Source of the DNA: Arenicellales bacterium
Lineage (GTDB): Bacteria > Pseudomonadota > Gammaproteobacteria > Arenicellales > Poriferihabitantaceae
NCBI GenBank assembly: GCA_028285795.1
Contig: JAPYNL010000020.1
Span: 1,622-65,621 of the forward strand
DNA length: 64,000 nucleotides
Direction of reading: 5' to 3'
Shown: in pieces, positions 30,891 through 42,141 of the stretch
Numbering within the stretch: position 1 is the stretch's first letter
How the letters are laid out: every line of letters begins with the position of its first letter
Program-made: the position numbers and the translations under genes
Notes under the pieces: generated by a model
Told to the model about the DNA's origin: nothing
The model's input: only the letters and a program-made list of their open reading frames with translations
The model's database searches: none

Positions 30891-32290
30891 AAAACATTCA
30901 TCTGGTGGGAATCGGCGGGGTCGGCATGAGCGGCATTGCCGAGGTGCTGCTGGATCTCGGTTACCGCATATCGGGTTCGGATGTCGCTCATTCACGCACC
31001 ATGGAACGGCTGGCACAGGCTGGAGCCAAGCTGTATGACCAGCATCATCCCGATAATCTTGGCAATGCGGATGTCGTGGTGTATTCAACGGCAATTGACC
31101 ATGACAATCCGGAACTTGCAGAGGCTCGCCTGCAAAAGATTCCGGTTGTGTCCAGAGCGGAAATGCTCGGAGAGGTGATGCGTTTCAAAAAGGGCATCGC
31201 CATTACCGGAACACACGGTAAAACCACAACCACCTCTCTGGTATCCACCCTGCTGATCAATGCTGGGACCGATCCAACCTTTATTGTCGGCGGTGTCATC
31301 AACAGCACCAATACCAACAGCCGTTTGGGTGCCGGCGAGTTTCTGGTGGCTGAGGCCGATGAGAGCGATGCGTCGTTTTTGCATCTGCAGCCGCTGATTG
31401 CCGTGGTTACCAACATTGATCAGGATCACATGGAAACCTATGATGGCAAGGTCGAAAACCTGCAACGGACATATGTAGATTTTCTGCATAATCTTCCGTT
31501 CTACGGATTTGCGGTCCTGTGTATTGATGATTCGGGTGTTCGAAGTATTCTGGATCGGTTGAATCGTTCATATGTGACCTATGGTTTTTCGGATGATGCT
31601 GACTTCAGGGCCAGTCATTTCTCGCAAATCGGCTGCGAGAGCTTCTTTCGGGTAACACGCGGCCATCAACCGGTCGGCGAATTCAAGCTGGCCCTGCCGG
31701 GACGACACAACGTCTTGAATGCGCTAGCGGTGATTGCAACCGGATTCAAGCTGGATTTGCCGCCTGAAGTGATTCGTTCGGCACTATCGGAGTTCCAGGG
31801 TATATCGCGGCGTTTCGAGATATTGGGCGAGATTCACCTTGACGGTCACAGAGTCGAGCTGGTCGATGATTATGCCCACCATCCGAGTGAGATTGAAGCG
31901 ACCCTGCAGGCCGCCCGGAATTGTTGGCCGGAGCGTCGCATTGTTGTGGTTTTCCAGCCCCATCGCTATAGCCGGACCCGAGACCTGTTTGATGAGTTTG
32001 TGCAAATTCTGGTATCCGTGTCCGCTCTGGTAGTTACCGAGGTCTATGCGGCCGGCGAGGAGATCATTCCGGGCTACGATGGCAAGGCCTTGTCCGATGC
32101 CATTAGTGAGCAGGGCGGATCTCCGGAATTTGCTGAAAATTTCGATGATCTGAAAATCAGTCTTGCGAATATGACCCGACAGGATGATGTGGTCATCACC
32201 ATGGGTGCAGGCAGCATTGCCCAGTTTGCTTCCGAGCTGACAGTCAGGCACGCCGTGGATAACCTCGATCTGGAGCGGGACAGTGCCTGA
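30875..32290 (+). CDS. murC: UDP-N-acetylmuramate--L-alanine ligase
   Basis: 471 aa with IHLVGIGGVGMSGIAEVL at the N-terminus and ITGTHGKTTTT and DYAHHPSEI motifs. Confidence 0.93.
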   Translation: MREFVENIHLVGIGGVGMSGIAEVLLDLGYRISGSDVAHSRTMERLAQAGAKLYDQHHPDNLGNADVVVYSTAIDHDNPELAEARLQKIPVVSRAEMLGEVMRFKKGIAITGTHGKTTTTSLVSTLLINAGTDPTFIVGGVINSTNTNSRLGAGEFLVAEADESDASFLHLQPLIAVVTNIDQDHMETYDGKVENLQRTYVDFLHNLPFYGFAVLCIDDSGVRSILDRLNRSYVTYGFSDDADFRASHFSQIGCESFFRVTRGHQPVGEFKLALPGRHNVLNALAVIATGFKLDLPPEVIRSALSEFQGISRRFEILGEIHLDGHRVELVDDYAHHPSEIEATLQAARNCWPERRIVVVFQPHRYSRTRDLFDEFVQILVSVSALVVTEVYAAGEEIIPGYDGKALSDAISEQGGSPEFAENFDDLKISLANMTRQDDVVITMGAGSIAQFASELTVRHAVDNLDLERDSA

Positions 32291-33203
32291 ATCTGTTGCT
32301 CAAGAGTTCAGTCTGCCCCAATCTCTGGCTGGGGAATTGCGTTTTGGCGAACCGATGTCCAGACATACCAGCTGGAGAACTGGCGGTGTTGCAGATTACA
32401 TGTATTTTCCTCATGACAAGCAGGATTTGTTGCAAATGCTCAAAGCCTTGCCGGACACTATGCCAGTCTCATGGATCGGGCTTGGCAGTAACTTGCTGGT
32501 TCGCGATGGCGGCGTACGGGGCATGGTGATTCAGGTCTCGTCAGGACTGAGGAAAATTGCAGTTCTCGACGGTTATCGACTGTATGCCGAATCCGGCGTG
32601 TCCAGTGCCAACGTGGCAAGGACTGCAGCTTCGAACAGGCTGAGGGGGGTGGAGTTCCTGGCGAGTGTTCCCGGATCTTTCGGCGGCGCATTGGCCATGA
32701 ATGCGGGGGCGTTTGGAGACGAGACCTGGCATTGCGTGGAATCGATCGAGTGTGTTGATCGAAATGGTGAGTGCGAGATCCTCGAAAAAGAGGCCGTCTC
32801 GCATGGCTATCGCCGGGTGGAGCTGCCTGAGGGCTGTTGCATACTTGCCGCGACACTGGCCCTGGAGAAAGCATCAGATGACTATGACGGCCGGCAAGTC
32901 ATTCGTGATCAACGCAGTCGCCGAAATGCTTCTCAGCCGGTGCAGACCGCAAATGCAGGCTCGGTATTCCGCAATCCACAAGGCGATCATGCCGCACGCC
33001 TGATTGAAGAGTGCGGACTCAAGGGGCATGCCATCGGTAACGCAGTGGTTTCTGATGTGCATGCGAACTTTATTGTTAACCGCAATCGCACAGCGACTTC
33101 CAGACAGATTGAAGATCTGATTATCCATGTTCAAAACGAAGTCGAAAAAGCCACCGGTGTGCGTCTGGTACCGGAAGTTCGAATTATTGGAGATTGCCAA
33201 TGA
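32283..33203 (+). CDS. murB: UDP-N-acetylenolpyruvoylglucosamine reductase
   Basis: 306 aa with HTSWRTGGVADYM, GLGSNLLVRDGG and GSVFRNP motifs. GTG start overlapping murC. Confidence 0.9.
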   Translation: MPESVAQEFSLPQSLAGELRFGEPMSRHTSWRTGGVADYMYFPHDKQDLLQMLKALPDTMPVSWIGLGSNLLVRDGGVRGMVIQVSSGLRKIAVLDGYRLYAESGVSSANVARTAASNRLRGVEFLASVPGSFGGALAMNAGAFGDETWHCVESIECVDRNGECEILEKEAVSHGYRRVELPEGCCILAATLALEKASDDYDGRQVIRDQRSRRNASQPVQTANAGSVFRNPQGDHAARLIEECGLKGHAIGNAVVSDVHANFIVNRNRTATSRQIEDLIIHVQNEVEKATGVRLVPEVRIIGDCQ

Positions 33204-34267
33204 ATGATGATCAAGGACACCGAGACTTGTTTGTCGAACCGAGAAACTGCTCAAGACGAATAGCACCGGTGATGGTCGCTAATCACGAAAAACCGGAATT
33301 GTTCATTGAGCCAGTATGTAAAGCGTCGATAAGCAAACAGCCCGAATACGAAGAACCCGGATATGACAGTGACAGACACGAATACCAGGGGCCTGAATGC
33401 GAAGATCCAGTATATGGACAGTACGAATGCGGAGATGCTGATGTCCTTGCGGAGTCGAAGCCCATTCACTCCTGGGTCAGGCTGGCCCTGTTCATTACAG
33501 CCATGATCGTGCCATTGGGACTGATTTATGCGGTCGACCAGCGTTACATCCATGACAAATTCCTGTTTGACCAGATCATCATCAAGGACGGATTCGATAG
33601 TCGCGGCACCGAGAGAATTCGGGAAGCTGCACTATCAGAGCTCGATGGCAACTTCTTCTCTGCCAATCTCGGGAAGCTGAAGGACCAGATCGCACAGATC
33701 TCCTGGATAGCTTCGGTCTCGGTACGTCGACAATGGCCTTCAACGCTGGTTGTTGCAGTCGATCCAATTAACCCCGTGGTGCGTTGGAACGACCGGAAAT
33801 GGATCAATTACACCGGAGAGATCCTCGATATTCCTCCGTTTATCGAAGCACATGAATTGGCTGGACTGCCCGTGCTTTTCGGCGCTCCGGGTCAGGAGCT
33901 GGAATTATTCGAGTCCTATCTTGACTGGTCAGAGAAATTCGCGGCATGGGGCTTGACCCTGGTTTCCCTTGCTGCTGACGATACGAATTTATGGCATCTT
34001 GAATTGTCCCCCAGTGCTTTGTCCAAGACCAGAAATCCGGTTGCAGGCACGCTTGAATCCCCCGAATGGGTTAAGACGCCGACCCGCATGGTGGTCAATC
34101 ATCACAATGCCAGAGAACGGATTCCAAGGTTCGTGGCCAGTCTCGATCGAGGACTGATGGACCAGTTCGAAGGGATCGCATCCATTGATCTTCGCTACAG
34201 CAACGGTTTTGCAGTTCGCTGGAAGACGGAAAAGGAAGGGACTCTGGCAATGCGAGAGTCGGAATAA
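33200..34267 (+). CDS. ftsQ: Cell division protein FtsQ with an unusually long acidic/aromatic N-terminal tail
   Basis: The ATG overlaps the murB stop (ATGA). About 95 aa of cytoplasmic tail precede one TM (WVRLALFITAMIVPLGLIY). A POTRA/FtsQ region follows (ISWIASVSVRRQWPSTLVVAV). Slot is before ftsA. Confidence 0.85.
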   Translation: MNDDQGHRDLFVEPRNCSRRIAPVMVANHEKPELFIEPVCKASISKQPEYEEPGYDSDRHEYQGPECEDPVYGQYECGDADVLAESKPIHSWVRLALFITAMIVPLGLIYAVDQRYIHDKFLFDQIIIKDGFDSRGTERIREAALSELDGNFFSANLGKLKDQIAQISWIASVSVRRQWPSTLVVAVDPINPVVRWNDRKWINYTGEILDIPPFIEAHELAGLPVLFGAPGQELELFESYLDWSEKFAAWGLTLVSLAADDTNLWHLELSPSALSKTRNPVAGTLESPEWVKTPTRMVVNHHNARERIPRFVASLDRGLMDQFEGIASIDLRYSNGFAVRWKTEKEGTLAMRESE

Positions 34268-34298
34268 CCGCGTGATTGAAAGGGTCCGCAAATAAATT

Positions 34299-35537
34299 AT
34301 GGCCAAGAAACTTCCAGATCCCGTGCTAGTTGGCCTCGATATCGGCACCACCAAGGTGCTCGCAGTTGTGGCCGAGTTTAATGCACGGGGGCAGATGAAA
34401 ATCATTGGCTTGGGGCATCACCGCTCGAAGGGCATGAAAAAGGGCGTGATTTCAGACATTGAATCGACAGTTCAGTCAATACAGAGAGCGGTTGAAGAGG
34501 CCAGTCTGATGGCCAATTGCGATATCAGTTCTGCCTATGTCGGGATTGCCGGTGCCCATATTCATAGCATTAACTCGCTAGGAGTCGCGCCGATAAAGAA
34601 TGGCGAGGTAGATGAACTTGATGTTCGGCATGTCCTTGAAGCTGCACGGGCCATGGCCGTACCCAGCGACCACAGTATTCTGCATGTTCTGCCACAGGAT
34701 TTCACGATTGATGGTCAAAAGGGAATCCACGATCCAATAGGCATGTCCGGCATCAGGATGGAGGCTGGAGTGCACGTCATTACGGGGTCTACAAGTGCGG
34801 CCCAGAACATCATGAAATGCATCCGCCGCTGCGGTCTTGAAGCAAATGCGCTGGTACTTGAGCAGATCGCATCATCTGAGTCAGTGTTAAGTCATGACGA
34901 AAGGGACCTCGGGGTGTGCATGGTTGACATTGGTGGAGGGACCACCGACATCGCGGTCTATCATGATGGCTTCATCAAGCATACCGCAGTCATTCCAATC
35001 GCTGGAGATCATGTTACGAATGACATAGCAATCGCTTTCAATACGCCAAAGACCGTCGCGGAAGAAATCAAGAAACGCTTTGGAAATGCCTTGATTCAGC
35101 TGGTTGACAAGCATCATGAAATTGAAATTGACAGCATCGGCGGGCGGCCGACAAGAAAACTGAAACGCTGGGCATTGGCTGAGGTCATTGAGCCGAGAAT
35201 TGACGAGTTGATGATGATGATTCAGGCTGAACTGGACCGTAGCGGCTTTCACAATCTGATCGGCTCTGGAGTCGTACTGACCGGTGGTACTTCAGGCCTC
35301 GATGGAATCGTTGAACTGGCCGAAGAGGTTTTTCACCTGCCAGTTCGCCGGGGCTTGCCGAATTACCAGGGAAATCTGGAGCAGGCGGTCAGAAATCCGA
35401 TCTTTTCCACAGGCATTGGACTGCTTGAGTACGGGCTTGCCCGACAGAACAGGAAGGGCCGGTCTCTCGAGGAATATTCCACTGAAGAAAAAATGAGCAA
35501 GTCCATCATGGGACGGCTAAAGGGCATCTTTGCATGA
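34299..35537 (+). CDS. ftsA: Cell division protein FtsA
   Basis: 412 aa, actin-like (VGLDIGTTKVLAVVAE, DIGGGTTDIAV). Confidence 0.95.
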   Translation: MAKKLPDPVLVGLDIGTTKVLAVVAEFNARGQMKIIGLGHHRSKGMKKGVISDIESTVQSIQRAVEEASLMANCDISSAYVGIAGAHIHSINSLGVAPIKNGEVDELDVRHVLEAARAMAVPSDHSILHVLPQDFTIDGQKGIHDPIGMSGIRMEAGVHVITGSTSAAQNIMKCIRRCGLEANALVLEQIASSESVLSHDERDLGVCMVDIGGGTTDIAVYHDGFIKHTAVIPIAGDHVTNDIAIAFNTPKTVAEEIKKRFGNALIQLVDKHHEIEIDSIGGRPTRKLKRWALAEVIEPRIDELMMMIQAELDRSGFHNLIGSGVVLTGGTSGLDGIVELAEEVFHLPVRRGLPNYQGNLEQAVRNPIFSTGIGLLEYGLARQNRKGRSLEEYSTEEKMSKSIMGRLKGIFA

Positions 35538-35601
35538 AACGGGAAAACGAAAATCAATCCCTCACCACATCTGACAAGTTTATCAAACCGGAGAAATAGC
35601 T

Positions 35602-36753
35602 ATGTTTGTACTTGAAAATCAACGCGCGGTAATCAAGGTTATCGGTGTTGGCGGGGCTGGCGGCAATGCTGCCGAATATATGCTGTCGGCCAATCTTACC
35701 GATGTTGAATTCATTATCGCCAATACCGATGCACAGGCTTTGGGCAGCGCGTCATCAGGATTAATCACCAAACTCCAGCTAGGCGAGAATATCACTCGGG
35801 GTCTGGGTGCTGGAGCGAATCCCGAGATCGGTCGACAGTCAGCACTTGAAATGCGTGAGGGTATCGCAAGCGCTCTCGAAGGGGCTGATATGGTGTTCAT
35901 AGCAGCAGGCATGGGTGGCGGTACTGGCACCGGGGCCGCGCCAGTTGTTGCCGAAGTTGCACGCGAACTGAAAATCCTGTCGGTAGCGGTGGTTACCCGG
36001 CCGTTCAAATATGAGGGAGCGAAGCGTAATTCGGTCGCGGAGGATGGCATCGCTGAACTTCAGAAACAGGTCGACTCCCTGATTATCATACCCAACGACA
36101 AAATTCTGGAAGTTGCGGGTGGAAATGCAAATTTGGAGACTGCTTTTGGCATGGCCGATCAGGTTTTGCTGGATGCGGTAAAGGGCATATCAGACCTGAT
36201 TACCAAGCCCGGCAAGATCAATCTCGACTTTGCCGATGTCAAAACCGTAATGGGAGCCATGGGCATGGCCGTTATGGGTTCGGCCACGGCAAGTGGTGAA
36301 AATCGAGCTGAAGAAGCCATACAGATGGCGATCTCGAGTCCATTTCTGGAAGATGGGGAAATCGAGGGTGCCAAAGGCATTCTGGTCAATATCACCAGCG
36401 GACCGAACATGCAAATGGATGACTATGAAAAAATCTGTACGATTATCAACGAATATGACCACAAGGACTGCAACATGATAATCGGAATGTCCATTGACGG
36501 TGAAATGGTGGATGAGATCAGTGTTACAATTGTTGCGACTGGCCTTACTTTCAACAGGGCTTCGAAGATCGGACTGGTTGAGCCGACAGATGACGATGAC
36601 GAAAACAATGAACAGGGAGTAGCGGTTGCTGCCTTGCCACCACGACGACAGGCTCATCAATTGCGCAGTGCCGGTGGCCAGCCAGGAGACTTTTCCGGGA
36701 AAAGCATGGACCATTATGATCTGCCGCACTGGTTGCGCCGGCAGGCCGATTGA
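35602..36753 (+). CDS. ftsZ: Cell division GTPase FtsZ
   Basis: 383 aa with the tubulin signature GGGTGTGAAPVVAE and a C-terminal DLPHWLRRQAD peptide. Confidence 0.97.
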   Translation: MFVLENQRAVIKVIGVGGAGGNAAEYMLSANLTDVEFIIANTDAQALGSASSGLITKLQLGENITRGLGAGANPEIGRQSALEMREGIASALEGADMVFIAAGMGGGTGTGAAPVVAEVARELKILSVAVVTRPFKYEGAKRNSVAEDGIAELQKQVDSLIIIPNDKILEVAGGNANLETAFGMADQVLLDAVKGISDLITKPGKINLDFADVKTVMGAMGMAVMGSATASGENRAEEAIQMAISSPFLEDGEIEGAKGILVNITSGPNMQMDDYEKICTIINEYDHKDCNMIIGMSIDGEMVDEISVTIVATGLTFNRASKIGLVEPTDDDDENNEQGVAVAALPPRRQAHQLRSAGGQPGDFSGKSMDHYDLPHWLRRQAD

Positions 36754-37116
36754 AGTGGCATCCGGCGTCTCGTCGAATCGTACGAATTCGGAGGCAGGGG
36801 TTCAGTCTCGCTTATGGATACTATTTCTCCGTGACTTATAATAACAGCCCATAAGCCGTGATCAGGGTTGGGGCCATGTACTCAATTCCGATCCATTTTT
36901 CTTTCCTTGTATGAGTGGGTTGATACATGGCGAGACTGTTTGAGTGCGCAATTTATTGCTGGACATGCTGCATGAAACATTTCTGACTGTACCATGGCTG
37001 GTCAATTTTTGTCTCTGAGTAAAAATATTGTAATGAATGCATGGCATGGCTGCTATGTATAATCGGATTTGTCGGATAATGTAATCACCGTGCAAGTCTG
37101 AAACTACGTATTGTCT

Positions 37117-38034
37117 ATGATCAAGCAAAGGACACTGAAGAATCCCATTCGCGCGACCGGGATCGGTTTGCATACTGGCGAAAAAGTCACGTTGCGACTG
37201 ATGCCGGCAAATGCCAATCAAGGCATTGTTTTTCGTAGAGTAGATGCTGAAGGCCAGGAAATGGGCGAATTTCAGGCCAATGTCGAGCATGTTCGGGATA
37301 CCCGCTTATCGACAACCCTCGAAAAAGACGGGATCCGGGTCTCGACCGTCGAGCACCTGATGTCAGCATTTGCTGGCCTCGGCATCGATAATGTGATCGT
37401 CGAGTTGAACGCCTCGGAAATTCCGATCATGGACGGCAGTGGTGGCCCTTTTGTATTCCTGTTGCAGTCGGCTGGCATTGTTGAACAGTCTGCGCCGAAA
37501 AAATTCATACGAATCAAGCGGCATATCAAAATCAACGACGGTGACAAATGGGCGAGTCTCAGCCCCTATTCGGGCTTCAAGGTCAAGTTCACCATCGATT
37601 TCGATCATCCGGTCATGCAAAACTCGACCCAGAGTGAGGAACTGCAATTCTCGACGACTTCCTTCATCAAGGAAGTCAGCAGAGCCCGCACCTTCGGGTT
37701 TATCGATGAACTGGAAATGCTGCAGAATGCCGGACTCGCGAGAGGGGGCAGTTTTGAAAATGCGATCGTTCTGGATTCATTCCATATTCTGAACAAGGAG
37801 GGCTTGCGTTACGAAGGTGAATTTGTCAAGCACAAGATTCTCGATGCAATTGGCGATCTGTATTTGACGGGACATCTCCTGATCGGCGAGTTTCAGGCCT
37901 ACAAATCAGGGCATTCGCTCAACAATCATCTGATCCGAAAGCTTATGCAAGACAAGTCAGCATGGGAACTGGTGACTTTTGATGATCCGGAAGAGGCGCC
38001 GATCTACTTTAACGACGTAGCACTGGCTTACTGA
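37117..38034 (+). CDS. lpxC: UDP-3-O-acyl-N-acetylglucosamine deacetylase
   Basis: Start set at [24 protein letters not shown] (ATG 37117), nearly colinear with the E. coli LpxC N-terminus. 305 aa. Confidence 0.95.
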   Translation: MIKQRTLKNPIRATGIGLHTGEKVTLRLMPANANQGIVFRRVDAEGQEMGEFQANVEHVRDTRLSTTLEKDGIRVSTVEHLMSAFAGLGIDNVIVELNASEIPIMDGSGGPFVFLLQSAGIVEQSAPKKFIRIKRHIKINDGDKWASLSPYSGFKVKFTIDFDHPVMQNSTQSEELQFSTTSFIKEVSRARTFGFIDELEMLQNAGLARGGSFENAIVLDSFHILNKEGLRYEGEFVKHKILDAIGDLYLTGHLLIGEFQAYKSGHSLNNHLIRKLMQDKSAWELVTFDDPEEAPIYFNDVALAY

Positions 38035-38522
38035 TTCCCGAGTCTCCGTTTCGCCGAACGGCCGAGTTGTTCAAGGGATGCTTTCAGGCGCGGGTTGTCA
38101 ATATTCCGGGCGGTCTTGAGGATGTCGTTTGCCGCTTTTTCGGATATTGGGATGACATGGTCGTTTTGCTTGATTGTTGCCATCTCTTCACTTGGGCCTG
38201 AATGTGGTCGCGATGGCCTGACCCGTACCGCAATTTCCTTGACTGAAAAACCCCGATCCTTAAACTTGCCCATGATGGTAGGAGCCTGGGCGCGAAGATT
38301 GGTTGCCCAGACCGATGACTTGCATTCGATAACCAGTTTACCGGACCGCTGAAGGGTGGGGCGGGCAAATGGAGTAAGGTTGCCGGCAATCGTTGTCCAT
38401 GCTTTTTGCAGCTGGATGTCCTGATCGGCAGCAGGTGCATTCATCTCTGGGCGTATAATGTGCTTGATAAAGGCCGATATTGGCTTTGCAGAGGACTGGG
38501 ACAGATCCTGGATCATTGGCAT
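38028..38522 (-). CDS. DUF721 / DciA-like protein
   Basis: About 164 aa. The central [46 protein letters not shown] fits the DUF721 pattern. The location between lpxC and secA is typical of non-enteric Gammaproteobacteria. Start trimmed so it does not overlap the secA start. Confidence 0.65.
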   Translation of the reverse strand: MPMIQDLSQSSAKPISAFIKHIIRPEMNAPAADQDIQLQKAWTTIAGNLTPFARPTLQRSGKLVIECKSSVWATNLRAQAPTIMGKFKDRGFSVKEIAVRVRPSRPHSGPSEEMATIKQNDHVIPISEKAANDILKTARNIDNPRLKASLEQLGRSAKRRLGNQ

Positions 38523-38560
38523 CAGCTTTGTATTTTTCCTAATGGTACTACAGTGAATCC

Positions 38561-41272
38561 ATGTTGCAAACCGCACTGAACAAGGTTTTCGGAAACCGCA
38601 ATCAACGATTGTTGCGCAAGATGCAGAAATCGGTACAGCGGATCAATGCTCTGGAATCTGCCATGCAACCGCTTTCCGATGATGATCTGAAGGCCAAGAC
38701 AGCCGAATTCAAGGCACGTGTTGCCGAGGGAGAGACTGCCGAAAGCATTCTTGAAGAGGCGTTTGCGGTGGTTCGTGAAGCATCGGTGAGAACCATTGGC
38801 CTGCGTCATTTTGATGTTCAGCTGATTGGCGGCATGGTGTTGAATGAAGGCAAGATTGCCGAGATGAAGACCGGTGAGGGCAAGACGCTGGTTGCCACAC
38901 TGCCTGCCTATCTGAATGCGGTTTGCGGGATTCCGGTGCATATCGTGACCGTAAATGATTATCTTGCCCATCGGGATGCAGACTGGATGGGCGAGATTTA
39001 CAAGTTCCTTGAACTTGCGGTTGGGGTTGTGCATTCAGATCAGCCACGCGAGAACAAGCGGCAAGCCTACCAGTCAGATATTGTTTACGGGACCAATAAC
39101 GAGTTTGGTTTTGACTATCTCAGGGACAACATGGCGTTTTCCGGTCAGGATCGTTTTCAGCGCGAGCTGGGTTTCGCAATTGTCGATGAAGTTGACTCGA
39201 TTCTCATTGATGAAGCCAGAACGCCATTGATTATTTCGGGTCCTTCTGAGGGCAATATCGAACTTTATCAGCAAATCAACAAGGTAGTGCCGCATCTGGA
39301 GCGCCAGCTTGAAGAGGACGGTCCGGGTGATTTCAGTGTTGACGAGAAAACCCGGCAGGTGGCGCTCACCGAGTCGGGTTTTGAAAGTGCGGAGAAAGTG
39401 CTGACTGCATCCGGTCTGCTGCCTGAAGGGGGCAGCCTTTACGATGTCAGTCATATCGGTCTGCTGCATCACTTGTATGCCGGACTGAGAGCCCATCATG
39501 TGTTCAGACTGGATGTCGAGTATATTGTCCGGGATGACTCGATTGTAATCATTGATGAATTTACTGGGCGCATGATGCCTGGCCGGCGTTGGTCGGAGGG
39601 TCTGCATCAGGCAATTGAAGCCAAGGAAGGTGTAGCTATTCAGCAGGAAAACCAGACGCTTGCATCGATCACGTTCCAGAACTACTTTCGACTTTACGGC
39701 AACCTCTCGGGCATGACCGGAACGGCGGACACAGAAGCCCCCGAATTTTTGCAGATATACGGGCTTGAGGTTGTGGTCATGCCGACCAATCAGCCGATGA
39801 TCCGCAAGGATTTTCCGGATCAGGTGTACCGCACCTCGAGAGAGAAATACGATGCGATTGTCCAGGGGATCGAAGATTGTCGATCGAGACAGCAGCCGGT
39901 TCTGGTCGGAACGGCTTCCATTGAATCATCGGAACTGGTGTCGGGAATTCTCAAGAAAAAGAAGGTTCCGCATCAGGTTCTGAATGCCAAGCAACACCAG
40001 CGGGAAGCCGAGATCATTGCCGAAGCCGGCAGACCGGGGAAGGTCACGATTGCCACCAACATGGCTGGACGGGGAACCGACATTGTACTTGGCGGCAATC
40101 TGGAGATCGAGCTGGCACAACTTGAGGATGTCAGCCAGATCGAAAAGGCGAAGGCCGAATGGCAGGCTCGACACCGACAGGTGATCGAATCTGGCGGGCT
40201 GCATGTTCTGGGCACGGAAAGAAACGAATCCCGACGCGTGGACAATCAACTCAGGGGCCGCTGTGGACGTCAGGGAGATCCTGGTTCAAGCCAGTTCTAT
40301 CTGTCGATGGAAGATTCACTGATGCGAATTTTCGGATCCCAGAAGATTTCCGGACTGATGAGCAAGTTGGGCATGGAGGAGGGGGAGGCCATTGAGCATA
40401 CGCTGGTTACTCGTGCGATCGAAAATGCCCAGAAAAAAGTCGAGGGGCACAATTTTGACATGCGCAAGCAGCTCCTCGAGTACGATGATGTCTCGAACGA
40501 GCAGCGCAAGATTGTCTATGACCAGCGGAACGATCTCATGGAGAAGGACGATATCTCGGATTATATTGAATATGCCCGGGAGGAAGTGGTCAAGCAGGTC
40601 ATTGACCGTTCGATTCCCCCGCAGACACTGGAAGAACAATGGGAAGTGCCGCAGCTCGAGCAAGACCTGAAGCAGGATTTTGGGCTAGAGCTGCCCATTT
40701 CGGAATGGCTTGCGCGGGAGGACAGTCTGGATGAGGATTTGTTGCGAACGCGAATTCAGGAGGCGATTGTCAGCAATGCCGAAACCAAGACAAGGCAGGT
40801 GGGCGAGACCAATATGCGCACTTTCGAAAAGCACATCATGCTCAAGGTACTTGATGAGCAGTGGAAGGAGCATTTGGCAAACATGGATTACCTGCGCCAG
40901 GGCATTGGGCTGAGAGGGTATGCTCAAAAGAATCCGAAGCAGGAATACAAGCGAGAAGCGTTTTCGATGTTCAACGCCCTGCTTGATTCGGTGCGTCATG
41001 ACGTGATCTCGATTCTGGCCAGAGTGCATATCCCGACTGAGGAAGAGCAGATTGAAATGGAAAACCGCTTGCGCCAGCGCCAGGCTGAAGAAGCCAAAAT
41101 GAGGTATGTGCATGAAAGCGCATCAGCTCAGGGAGGTTCCGGAGACCGGCAAGGCGATGCAAAAGGCTCAGGCAGTCAGACATTTGTGCGCACAGCTCGC
41201 AAGGTTGGACGAAACGAGCCATGTCCATGCGGTTCAGGAAAAAAATTCAAGCACTGTTGCGGCAGGATTTAA
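38561..41272 (+). CDS. secA: Preprotein translocase ATPase SecA
   Basis: 903 aa with DEAD-motor motifs ([30 protein letters not shown]) and a C-terminal zinc motif [14 protein letters not shown]. Confidence 0.98.
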   Translation: MLQTALNKVFGNRNQRLLRKMQKSVQRINALESAMQPLSDDDLKAKTAEFKARVAEGETAESILEEAFAVVREASVRTIGLRHFDVQLIGGMVLNEGKIAEMKTGEGKTLVATLPAYLNAVCGIPVHIVTVNDYLAHRDADWMGEIYKFLELAVGVVHSDQPRENKRQAYQSDIVYGTNNEFGFDYLRDNMAFSGQDRFQRELGFAIVDEVDSILIDEARTPLIISGPSEGNIELYQQINKVVPHLERQLEEDGPGDFSVDEKTRQVALTESGFESAEKVLTASGLLPEGGSLYDVSHIGLLHHLYAGLRAHHVFRLDVEYIVRDDSIVIIDEFTGRMMPGRRWSEGLHQAIEAKEGVAIQQENQTLASITFQNYFRLYGNLSGMTGTADTEAPEFLQIYGLEVVVMPTNQPMIRKDFPDQVYRTSREKYDAIVQGIEDCRSRQQPVLVGTASIESSELVSGILKKKKVPHQVLNAKQHQREAEIIAEAGRPGKVTIATNMAGRGTDIVLGGNLEIELAQLEDVSQIEKAKAEWQARHRQVIESGGLHVLGTERNESRRVDNQLRGRCGRQGDPGSSQFYLSMEDSLMRIFGSQKISGLMSKLGMEEGEAIEHTLVTRAIENAQKKVEGHNFDMRKQLLEYDDVSNEQRKIVYDQRNDLMEKDDISDYIEYAREEVVKQVIDRSIPPQTLEEQWEVPQLEQDLKQDFGLELPISEWLAREDSLDEDLLRTRIQEAIVSNAETKTRQVGETNMRTFEKHIMLKVLDEQWKEHLANMDYLRQGIGLRGYAQKNPKQEYKREAFSMFNALLDSVRHDVISILARVHIPTEEEQIEMENRLRQRQAEEAKMRYVHESASAQGGSGDRQGDAKGSGSQTFVRTARKVGRNEPCPCGSGKKFKHCCGRI

Positions 41273-41289
41273 TTTCAGAGACTGGCAAG

Positions 41290-42141
41290 GTGGATCACAG
41301 CAGCCCCCTGGCTCCGCCGGGTTTTCCGGACATTCCCTCCATTGCGGGGCTTGGCATGGCCGCAGGTGATGCGGGAATCAAGTATTCAGGTCGTGATGAT
41401 TTGGCGGTCTGGGTTCTGGATTCCGGTACCCGGGCTGCCGGGCTATTCACGCGCTCCGCATTGCCGGCTGCTCCGATAGACGTTACCAGAGAGCATATCC
41501 GGTCTGCATCCCCGAGAGCGCTGGTCGTCAATTCGGCCAACGCAAATGCATTCACGGGCATGCAGGGACGAACGTTCAATGCGATCACGGTGGACTCGGA
41601 TACTTCAACGAGTGACATGCTGCTGTTGTTTGCGACCGGGAAAGCGTGCAATATCCCACCCCAAGGTGCAGATGATCCCAGGTTCAAGGGGTTTCGGGAG
41701 GCTTTGGACGAGCTCTTGAAGGATCTTGCCATGCAGGTTGTTCGGGATGGTGAAGGCGCATCCAAGTTGATTGAGGTACGGATTACGGGGGCCGTGAGTG
41801 ACGCTTCAGCCCGCAAGATGGCCGAGTCGATCGCAAATTCACCGCTGGTCAAAACTGCGATTGCAGGCGGTGATGCCAACTGGGGTCGAATCATCATGGC
41901 GCTCGGCAAGTCGGGCGAAAGCATCAAGGCGGAAAACCTCCTGATTCGCATCGGCGGCGAGATGGTGGCCAAAGGCGGCCAACGAGCTGAAAATCATGAT
42001 GAGTCTCTTATTTCCCGTCATCTTGAAGGGAGCGAAATACTGATTGAGGCAGAACTTCAAATGGGTGACGGCGAGTTCACGGTTTGGACTTGTGACCTTA
42101 CCCATGGCTATATTTCGATCAATGCAGACTACCGCAGTTAG
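41290..42141 (+). CDS. argJ: ArgJ-like ornithine acetyltransferase / N-acetylglutamate synthase with a large in-frame internal deletion (probably non-functional)
   Basis: The N-terminal GIKYSGRDDLAVWVL...NSANANAFTGMQG joins directly to RTFNAITVDSDTSTSD...VRDGEGASKLIEV...DANWGRI...YISINADYRS. About 110 residues present in 405-aa ArgJ proteins are missing, including the autoproteolytic (P)xM-ATML Thr site. The start (GTG 41290 or ATG 41221) is uncertain. Confidence 0.7.
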   Translation: MDHSSPLAPPGFPDIPSIAGLGMAAGDAGIKYSGRDDLAVWVLDSGTRAAGLFTRSALPAAPIDVTREHIRSASPRALVVNSANANAFTGMQGRTFNAITVDSDTSTSDMLLLFATGKACNIPPQGADDPRFKGFREALDELLKDLAMQVVRDGEGASKLIEVRITGAVSDASARKMAESIANSPLVKTAIAGGDANWGRIIMALGKSGESIKAENLLIRIGGEMVAKGGQRAENHDESLISRHLEGSEILIEAELQMGDGEFTVWTCDLTHGYISINADYRS

